Source of the DNA: an uncultured Candidatus Saccharibacteria bacterium
GTDB taxonomy: Bacteria; Patescibacteriota; Doudnabacteria; UBA920; 2-01-FULL-46-14
Assembly (NCBI GenBank): GCA_964396685.1
Contig: CAYNFS010000004.1
Coordinates: forward strand, 1 to 63,639
Direction of reading: 5' to 3'
DNA length: 63,639 nucleotides
Shown: piece by piece, positions 56,728 to 63,639 of the stretch
Layout of the letters: each line of letters begins with the position of its first letter
How positions within the stretch are numbered: position 1 is the stretch's first letter
Translations under genes and position numbers: made by a program
The notes under the pieces: generated by a model
Seen by the model: the letters and a program-made list of their open reading frames with translations, nothing else
Told to the model about the DNA's origin: nothing
The model's database searches: none

Positions 56728-58203
56728 CTACGCGTCAAAGTACATATAGAACTCGTAAGGATGGGGGCGCAAGCGAATCTCATCCACTTCTTTCTTGCGC
56801 TTGTGAGAAATCCATATGTCAAGAAGATCCCGGGTAAATACATCCCCTTTGAGCAAGAATTCCTGATCCTTCTCAAGCGCGTCTAGGGCTTCCGCAAGGG
56901 AGCCTGGAACAGACCTGATTTTTCCCGCTTTCTCTGGCAAAAGCTCGTAGGTGTTTTCTTCCAAAGGCTCGCCCGGATCAATCCGGTTTTGGACCCCGTC
57001 CAAACCTGCCATGAGCATTGCCGCAAAAGCCAGGTAAGGATTCGCCGTGCAGTCGGGAGAACGAAACTCGATGCGCCTGGCTTTGGGATTGTCCGTGTAC
57101 ATGGGGATTCGGATGGCGGCGGAACGATTACGCGCTGAATAGACAATATTCACCGGAGCTTCGTAGCCTGGCACTAATCGCTTGTAGGAATTAGTGGTCG
57201 GCGCGCAGAAAGCCATGAGCGCGGCCGCGTGCTTGAGAATCCCGCCGATGTAGTATTTGGCAGTCTCGCTCAACAAGGCGTAGCCGCTGCGGTCGTAGAA
57301 AAGATTACTGCCGTTTTTCCAGAGAGACTGGTGTGTGTGCATGCCGGAACCATTGTCGCCAAACAGAGGCTTTGGCATAAAGGTCGCCACCAGATTATTT
57401 TTCTGGGCGATGTTTTTCACAATGTACTTGTAGGTCAAGCACTGATCGCCCATCTTCGTAAGCGGCGCGTAGCGCATGTCTATTTCGCATTGCCCGGCGC
57501 TGGCCACCTCGTGGTGATGCACTTCCACCGCCACACCCGCCTCGATCATGGCCAGAATAATCTCGCTTCTTACGTCCTGCAGTGAATCATGAGGAGGTAC
57601 GGGGAAATAGCCTTCTTTGTGCCGCAATTTGTAACCCAGGTTCGGCCCTCCGTCCCGGCCGGAATTCCAGATCCCCTCTTGGGAATCTACCGCATAGAAG
57701 CCGGCATTGGCGGATTGCCCAAACCGCACGTCATTGAAAAGGAAAAATTCCATCTCCGGCCCCCAATAACTGACGTCCGCAATGCCCGTCTTAACAAGAT
57801 AGTCTTCCGCCTTCTGGGCCACATAACGCGGGTCCCGTGAATAAGGCAGACGGGTCAGAGGATCGTAGATGTTGCAGATAATACTTAGAGTCGGCACTGT
57901 GGGCACCGGATCGACCACGGCAGTGGCGGGATCAAGCACAAGAAGCATGTCTGACTCCTGAATCTCCTGAAAGCCGCGGATGGAGGAACCGTCAAAGCCG
58001 ATTCCTTCCCGCCAGATTGTTGCGCCCGCTTCCAAAAGTTCAGCGGCCGGAATAGAAAAATGCTGCCACAGCCCGGGCAAATCGGCAAATTTTAAATCGA
58101 CGATTTTGATGTTGTGTTTTTTGACCAGAGCCGTCACCTGCTCAATTTCCGCTTTATTGCTCTCAAACAGTTCAACTTTTTTTAGGGTACTTATCAATTC
58201 CAT
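56728..58203 (-). CDS. glnA: glutamine synthetase type I
   Basis: FDGSSI, GPEMEFFLF, HHEVA, FMPKP..GDNGSGMH.H, RNRSA.IRIP, RIEFRSPD; start MELIS, 1 nt after the amtB stop. Confidence 0.97.
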   Translation of the reverse strand: MELISTLKKVELFESNKAEIEQVTALVKKHNIKIVDLKFADLPGLWQHFSIPAAELLEAGATIWREGIGFDGSSIRGFQEIQESDMLLVLDPATAVVDPVPTVPTLSIICNIYDPLTRLPYSRDPRYVAQKAEDYLVKTGIADVSYWGPEMEFFLFNDVRFGQSANAGFYAVDSQEGIWNSGRDGGPNLGYKLRHKEGYFPVPPHDSLQDVRSEIILAMIEAGVAVEVHHHEVASAGQCEIDMRYAPLTKMGDQCLTYKYIVKNIAQKNNLVATFMPKPLFGDNGSGMHTHQSLWKNGSNLFYDRSGYALLSETAKYYIGGILKHAAALMAFCAPTTNSYKRLVPGYEAPVNIVYSARNRSAAIRIPMYTDNPKARRIEFRSPDCTANPYLAFAAMLMAGLDGVQNRIDPGEPLEENTYELLPEKAGKIRSVPGSLAEALDALEKDQEFLLKGDVFTRDLLDIWISHKRKKEVDEIRLRPHPYEFYMYFDA

Positions 58204-58204
58204 G

Positions 58205-59449
58205 TTAGTTTTCTCCCACGGGAATTTCGCTGTAAGCTTTTTCGCCGTGCTGACTAATATCAAGACCGGCTTCTTCTTCCTCGCGGCTCACTCGCAAATC
58301 CATAAACAAACTCACGAGTTTCAGAAGAATATAAGAGCCGAAGAAAGCAAAAGCCGCCACAGCCACAACCGCAACCAGCTGGACAACCAACTGGCCGGGA
58401 TTGCCGTAGAAAAGACCGTTTGCCCCGGCAGGATTAATAGCGGTGCTGGCGAACAAGCCTGTGGCCAATGCGCCCCAGACACCACTTACTCCATGACAGG
58501 CAAACACGTCAAGCGAATCATCTAGACTGGTCCTCGCGCGCCAATTCGCCGCAAGATTGGAAATCACTCCAGCCACCAAACCGATGGCAATTGAAGCCGG
58601 AATACCGACATAGCCTGATGCCGGCGTAATCGCCACCAAGCCGCACACTGCGCCAATCGAAAACCCGACGGCCGAGGGTTTGCCTTTCTTGATCCAATCT
58701 ACAATCATCCAGCTGGTGGCCGCCGCGGCCGCGGCAAGATTAGTTACGACCAGAGCGCTAACCGCCAGAGCATTGGCAGCCAAACTGCTTCCGGCATTGA
58801 ATCCAAACCAGCCAAACCACAAAAGCGCCGCACCTAAAATCACAAAAGGCACGTTGTTGGGCTTAAACTCGGCGACCGGCTCTTTGCCGTTCCGGCGGCC
58901 AATTACCAAAGCCGCCGCTACTGCCGAAAGTCCGGCCGAAATGTGCACCACAGTCCCTCCGGCAAAATCCAGCGCTCCCAACTGCCGCAGCCAACCTCCC
59001 GGATTCCAGACCCAGTGGGCAATCGGCGCGTAAATCAGAGTTGCCCAAAGCACAATAAACATCAGAAGCGAACGAAACTTAATCCGCTCGGCGAAAGCGC
59101 CGATAATCAAGGCCGGAGTGATAGCCGCAAACTTCAGCTGAAAAAAGAAAAAGAGAAGCTCGGGGATAGTGCCGGCATAATCCGCGTTTGGCTCTGCCCC
59201 AACATTTTTGAGGACCACGGCAGACAGATTGCCGAAAAAGCCCTTGATGCTCGGCCCAAAGGCTATACTGTAGCTCCACAGCGCCCAAACCAGGCTGACC
59301 ACGGCAAAGATGGCAAAGCATTGGACAAGGGTCGAGATCAAATTCTTTTTGCGCACGAGTCCGGCGTAAAAAAACCCCAAAGCCGGGGTCATGAGCATCA
59401 CCAGCGCGGAAGCTGCCGAAACCCAGGCAATGTCTCCTGAATCTAGCAT
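58205..59449 (-). CDS. amtB: ammonium transporter
   Basis: FQLKFAAITPALIIGA.AER, DFAGG.VVH, WFGW.GFN.GS, DD.LDVF..HG; start MLDSG. Confidence 0.96.
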   Translation of the reverse strand: MLDSGDIAWVSAASALVMLMTPALGFFYAGLVRKKNLISTLVQCFAIFAVVSLVWALWSYSIAFGPSIKGFFGNLSAVVLKNVGAEPNADYAGTIPELLFFFFQLKFAAITPALIIGAFAERIKFRSLLMFIVLWATLIYAPIAHWVWNPGGWLRQLGALDFAGGTVVHISAGLSAVAAALVIGRRNGKEPVAEFKPNNVPFVILGAALLWFGWFGFNAGSSLAANALAVSALVVTNLAAAAAATSWMIVDWIKKGKPSAVGFSIGAVCGLVAITPASGYVGIPASIAIGLVAGVISNLAANWRARTSLDDSLDVFACHGVSGVWGALATGLFASTAINPAGANGLFYGNPGQLVVQLVAVVAVAAFAFFGSYILLKLVSLFMDLRVSREEEEAGLDISQHGEKAYSEIPVGEN

Positions 59450-59476
59450 AAATCGTGTCTCCCAAAATTTAATAAT

Positions 59477-59541
59477 AAAAAACTTCCTAACCGTCATTGG
59501 CTAAGAAGACCTCTTTGTCTTGTTTCGGCACTTCCTTGTGC
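59477..59541 (-). promoter_or_regulatory. ANTAR-binding dual-hairpin motif overlapping an intrinsic terminator
   Basis: mRNA: GCAC-AAGGAA-GUGC, 6-nt linker, AAGAC-AAAGAG-GUCUU, overlapping terminator CUUCUUAGCC-AAUGAC-GGUUAGGAAG-UUUUUU. Confidence 0.85.
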
Positions 59542-59588
59542 TTAATTTTATTTTACTAGCTTGATATGGCCCGTCAACTGGGGATAAG

Positions 59589-60311
59589 CTAGCGCGCAAT
59601 TTCCTCTGACAAAATAACCGCCTCGGCTACTTCCCGCAAAGATTTGCGGTTATCCATGCTCTTTTTATGAAGCAGTTTCTGGGCCTCGGCTTCACTTAAC
59701 CCCTGCCGTTTCATGATAATCCCCTTGGCTTTCTCCACAATTTTGCGGGTTTCCAGAGTTTGTTTCAGTACTCCGGTTTCCGTAATAAGCCTCGCGTTTT
59801 CAATGGCGCCTCCAACCTGCCGCGCAATAATTTCCAGAAATCTCACTTTTTCCCTGACAAACTTCCTCTTGCGCCGGTATTGGATATTGATTACGCCAAC
59901 CACTTTGTCTTTAAACACGATGGGCAGGGAAAGGAAAGCTTCAAATCTGTCCTCGGGCAAGGCATTAAAAAATTTGAACCTTTCATCTTCGTAGGCCTGG
60001 GACTCCAAAGCAACGGTGCGCTTATGTTCGGCTACCCAGCCGGTAATACCCTCGCCCCTTCTCAAGGTGATTTTTCCCAACATCTCCCGGTGCGGATTTT
60101 GCGAAGCCGCAAGGACTACGTGGTCGTCTTCGACCAAATAAATAAAACAGGAATCAGATTTGCTGTACCCCTGGACAACGCCGATAATGGAGGAAAGCAC
60201 TTTTTGCAAATCCCAATTATAGCTGATTGTCTCGGCGATCTCCCGCAGAATCTCAAGCTCGGTTTCTTTATTCTTAAGCTTGGCCTTGTAGTAACCAATA
60301 TCTTTTCTCAT
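59589..60311 (-). CDS. GAF-ANTAR RNA-binding antiterminator
   Basis: GAF 'GEGITGWVA...LSLPI...VVGVINIQ'; ANTAR 'LETRKIVEKAKGIIM...SE.EA...L...SMD.R.SLREVAE'; start MRKDI. Confidence 0.92.
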   Translation of the reverse strand: MRKDIGYYKAKLKNKETELEILREIAETISYNWDLQKVLSSIIGVVQGYSKSDSCFIYLVEDDHVVLAASQNPHREMLGKITLRRGEGITGWVAEHKRTVALESQAYEDERFKFFNALPEDRFEAFLSLPIVFKDKVVGVINIQYRRKRKFVREKVRFLEIIARQVGGAIENARLITETGVLKQTLETRKIVEKAKGIIMKRQGLSEAEAQKLLHKKSMDNRKSLREVAEAVILSEEIAR

Positions 60312-60318
60312 ATCAATA

Positions 60319-60405
60319 CGGTGGGGGTGGGATTTGAACCCACGGTACTCTTGCGAGCACACCTGATTTCGAGTCAGGCCGATTAAACCACTCTCGCACC
60401 CCACC
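60319..60405 (-). tRNA. tRNA-Ser(CGA)
   Basis: cloverleaf with long variable arm; anticodon arm CCTGA-CT CGA AA-TCAGG; CCA not encoded. Confidence 0.95.
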
Positions 60406-61051
60406 TCTCATTCATTATATCTTTTACTGTTTGATAAGTCATCCGGTGGATTTCGCAAGGGCCGTATCGCAATAAATTTTTTCTGTGAAAATCCGTATCA
60501 TAACCTTTGTGTTTTTCAAATCCATATGCAGGAAATTTCTGCGCATAATTTTTCATCAAATCATCGCGGTATACTTTAGCCAAAATTGAAGCTGCCGCGA
60601 TTGAAAGCACCAGAGCGTCCCCGTCAACAATTGTCACTTGCCTGATCTTAAATCTCAAATCATAAATCTTAAATCTCCCATCTATCAAAGCAACCTCTGG
60701 GATTATTTTCATATTCTCCACGGCTCGCCGCATCGCGAGCAAAGTCGCCTCGCGGATATTCAGCTCATCAATTTCTTTATGGCTAGCAAGCCCAATCCCG
60801 TAATCATCCGCATTTTGCTTTATGAAATCAATCATGGATTCCCGCTTTCGCGCGGACAAGATTTTGGAATCTCTTACCCCATACCACCACTTGGTCTTGC
60901 TCCTGTAGCGGCCAATTTTTTCTGGATTTAAAATCACCGCCGCCGAGACCACAGGACCAGCCAGGGGTGCCACTCCCACTTCGTCAATTCCGGCAATCAG
61001 GCGGTAGTTTGGCAAAAGTTTGGTTTCAAACGTGTAGGTTGGGGTGATCAT
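60383..61051 (-). CDS. rnhB: ribonuclease HII
   Basis: GIDEVG..PLAGPV, DSK, DG, SIAAASILAKV.RD, KGY, HR.TY. Confidence 0.95.
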   Translation of the reverse strand: MITPTYTFETKLLPNYRLIAGIDEVGVAPLAGPVVSAAVILNPEKIGRYRSKTKWWYGVRDSKILSARKRESMIDFIKQNADDYGIGLASHKEIDELNIREATLLAMRRAVENMKIIPEVALIDGRFKIYDLRFKIRQVTIVDGDALVLSIAAASILAKVYRDDLMKNYAQKFPAYGFEKHKGYDTDFHRKNLLRYGPCEIHRMTYQTVKDIMNERWGARVV

Positions 61052-61184
61052 GGCTACTTAATTATACGCTTTGCCACCTTTTGACGGAAACTAGAGCTCT
61101 TGACTGATTTATAGCACCATGTAGAATAATGTGTGCTTAGCAAGTTTGGTGGGAAGAAACAAACAAAGCCTAAAGGAGGGGCTT

Positions 61185-61448
61185 ATGGCAACTATGTTGA
61201 TACCTAAGCAGGGGGTCGGGGCCCTCACTCTGGAAGAAAGAATCCAGCAGTTTCGAAGAGATGTTGGACAGGGTCTGACCCCTGAACAAAAAATCCCTCA
61301 AGCAGAAGAACTGCTTCACGATCTGCGTGCCGATTACAAAGGCTTACGAACTATCTCTGCTCAAAGGAGCCGAGACCACAGGAAATACATCAAGTTCGTT
61401 CTGGCCAGGGCTCGTGAGGCCCAAAACATCCGCTCTAGCAGACGGTAA
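61185..61448 (+). CDS. hypothetical helical protein
   Basis: AAGGAGG RBS before ATG 61185. Confidence 0.55.
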   Translation: MATMLIPKQGVGALTLEERIQQFRRDVGQGLTPEQKIPQAEELLHDLRADYKGLRTISAQRSRDHRKYIKFVLARAREAQNIRSSRR

Positions 61449-61573
61449 TCACACAAAGGTCAAGTGGGAACGCATTTATACGTATAATCGTTCATTCATA
61501 TTTTCATCTCTCACTTGGCCTTTTCATTTTGCTCAAAAAATATTATATTATTGAAGCAGCAAGTATTGGCTGC

Positions 61574-61647
<74 letters not shown>

Positions 61648-61653
61648 TTTTAT

Positions 61654-61725
61654 GCCCCCGTAGTTCAATGGACAGAACAAGAGACTCCTAAGCTCTGGAT
61701 GGCCGTTCGATTCGGCCCGGGGGTA
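61654..61725 (+). tRNA. tRNA-Arg(CCT)
   Basis: acceptor GCCCCCG/CGGGGGT; loop CT CCT AA; TTCGATT T-loop. Confidence 0.9.
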
Positions 61726-61728
61726 AAA

Positions 61729-61766
61729 CGGGGATTGGCGCGCGGTAGCGCGTTTATCCTGCCCCG
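61729..61766 (+). pseudogene. internally deleted tRNA-Pro-like remnant
   Basis: CGGGG...GGCGC..GGTAGCGCG...ATCCTG-CCCCG; anticodon arm and T-loop missing. Confidence 0.55.
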
Positions 61767-61819
61767 TTAGATATTATTGCGCTGGAATGTTGCTATTATA
61801 TAGTGTCTTTCGTTTTAGT

Positions 61820-61865
61820 CGGGGTATTGTAGTATACCGGCAGTACGCGCGTTCATCCCGCACGA
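61820..61865 (+). pseudogene. internally deleted tRNA-Pro-like remnant
   Basis: shares TAGTATACCGG.AGTACGC.CG with the tRNA-Pro at 61894. Confidence 0.6.
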
Positions 61866-61893
61866 ATTTCAAAATGATTCATACCATGCTTCC

Positions 61894-61964
61894 CGGGGCA
61901 TAGTATACCGGAAGTACGCACGCTTCGGGTGCGTGAAGACTGGGTTCAATTCCCAGTGCCCCGA
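61894..61964 (+). tRNA. tRNA-Pro(CGG)
   Basis: anticodon arm CACGC-TT CGG GT-GCGTG; acceptor CGGGGCA/TGCCCCG. Confidence 0.92.
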
Positions 61965-62001
61965 TTGACAATCAAATAGAACATTGCTAAAAGAAAATAA
62001 T

Positions 62002-62078
62002 GCCGCGGTAGCTCAGTGGTTTAGAGCGCTGCCCTGAAGAGGCAGGCGTCGGGTGTTCGATTCACCCCCGCGGCACCA
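62002..62078 (+). tRNA. tRNA-Phe(GAA)
   Basis: anticodon arm CTGCC-CT GAA GA-GGCAG; CCA encoded. Confidence 0.95.
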
Positions 62079-62079
62079 T

Positions 62080-62151
62080 GCGGGTGTCGTATAACGGCTA
62101 TTATGCAACCTTGCCAAGGTTGAGAAGGGGGTTCGACTCCCCTCACCCGCT
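62080..62151 (+). tRNA. tRNA-Gly(GCC)
   Basis: anticodon arm CAACC-TT GCC AA-GGTTG; U discriminator. Confidence 0.95.
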
Positions 62152-62240
62152 TTCTTGGGAAACGGAAGACGGGTGAACAACGCCCACACAACATAGAGGG
62201 CGAGTGGCGGAACTAGGGATATTTACCCCGCATAGTTGAT

Positions 62241-62327
62241 GCCCGGGTGGCGGAATCGGTATACGCAACGGACTTAAAATCCGTGACCCGAAAGGGTTTG
62301 TGGGTTCGAGTCCCACCCCGGGCACCA
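62241..62327 (+). tRNA. tRNA-Leu(TAA)
   Basis: anticodon arm ACGGA-CT TAA AA-TCCGT; long variable arm; CCA encoded. Confidence 0.95.
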
Positions 62328-63639
62328 CGTAGGAAAAGTCAATGCCTCGCGGCGCGTTCCGCGCCGCTCGGCGACCAAATTGTACGGAGTTTTCAGGGCA
62401 AAAAGAAATTCCCGATTCCGTAAAATATGGTTCGAGCCGATGTTTTTCAGAAATGTTGGCAATTCAGAAAGATTATCTGTCTGTATGAGATTTGCGGCTT
62501 GATTAAGGGATAAAACGAACTCGCGAGCCGGTTCGAGCCAAGACAACCCTTTTGTCTCGAAGTCGGTGATTTTCTCATTCAACGACATTTTTTGAGACAA
62601 CAAACTCTGTTTTTTGGCGGCGTATTCCTCTGTGGATAAAGCGTCTGCTAAATAGACATCGAGTAGTTTTGATAACTTTGTTTCCACGCTCGCTAATTGC
62701 TCTTTGAAATTTACCACCTCACTTTGCGCTTGTTGTTTTGCTTGCGTTTCTTCCGTATCCAACGCCGCCAAAACCTTCTCGGTGTCTTGGCTCGATAAAG
62801 AAACTTTTTGAAGAAAACTTTTTATTTGCTCTGCTAATGCTTCTTCTCTTAAATAGTGCTTTTCTTGGCATAAACCTTTTTTCTTGGTGCAACGATAATA
62901 GTTATGTCCTTTTTGTTGTTCTCCGGTAATGGAGCAACCACATGAGGCACATTTAAGTAAGCCAAGAAAAGCAAAATAATGTTTTCTTACTTCCTGAACT
63001 TTGCCGCGTTTCACCATAACCTCTTGGCATTTATCAAAAAGTTTCTTTGAGATTAACGGCTCGTGCCGTCCATCAAAAATTTCCCCCTTCCATTTCATCA
63101 GACCCAAGTAGAAAATATTTTGTAGATTTTTTTGTATGTTGGCGATAACCAATGGCTTACCGAGATTGCCGACCAAACCATTTTCCTTACACCAATTTGC
63201 GAGAGAATGAAGCGTATATGCTCCGGTGGCATACATTTCAAACATTTTGCGAACTTTCGGTGCTTTCTCGCTATCAACATCAATCCCGCGTGTCTTGGCG
63301 TTATTTAGATAGCCAACTGGAGCCCAGCCGGGCCAAGTGCCGTTGCGTATTTTTTGGCGTAGTCCACGCTTCACATTCTCACGTAAATTATCTACAAAAT
63401 ATTTGCTCTGCCCGAAAGCAATGTTCAGCATAAACAAACCTTGCGGTGTCGCTTCAAACCAAAAGGTGGGAAATTTAAGGGACTTAATCAAGCCACGATC
63501 AACAAAATAGATAATCTTTCCGCCGTCTACAGAGTTTCTAGCCAATCTATCGGGGTGCCATGAGATTATTCCATCTGCCTTTCCCGATTCGAGAATTGCC
63601 AACATTTCTGCGAATTTAATTCGGCCAGGTTCTTTGGCA
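62274..63639 (-). mobile_element. large serine recombinase (5' end outside the window), boundary of an element integrated at tRNA-Leu
   Basis: 'W..DRLARN' resolvase motif, recombinase domain, C..CG...YY.C zinc ribbon, coiled coil; C-terminus reads antisense into the tRNA. Confidence 0.88.

Noticed and set aside
60312-60404. 31-aa N-terminal extension of the GAF-ANTAR ORF
   Set aside because: It is tRNA-Ser(CGA) read as codons; the real start is ATG 60311.

Overview
63.6 kb chromosomal window from a bacterium that is very likely Patescibacteria/CPR. This is inferred from the tandem VirB2-like pilins, PaaX-type regulator, AAA_14/DUF4143 ATPase, archease-RtcB and exonuclease-DinG fusion; the phylum cannot be fixed from sequence alone. 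Genetic code 11. The housekeeping backbone comprises ychF-rpsF-ssb-rpsR-efp, trxB, galU, comM, lspA, recA, ftsK, rnhB and a tRNA cluster. It is interspersed with accessory blocks: two tandem restriction-modification cassettes, a copper cluster, an archease-rtcB operon, a RelE-type TA module, a GC-rich two-gene locus ending in a membrane-anchored lytic transglycosylase, a 7-gene pilin array, and a tRNA-Leu-anchored serine recombinase. Strongest observations: (1) a GAF-ANTAR gene followed by a textbook ANTAR dual-hairpin/terminator leader upstream of amtB-glnA; (2) several families of short palindromic repeats, both intergenic and inserted in frame in conserved proteins (YchF, Cu-ATPase x3, exonuclease-DinG with a nested copy, an SRPBCC-like gene), one family also flanking a DUF559 endonuclease; (3) cassette-like architectures bounded by conserved repeats at the R-M locus and the TA/ATPase locus; (4) a ~410-nt densely base-paired intergenic region that may be an unannotated ncRNA. 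All family assignments come from motif recognition, not from database searches.
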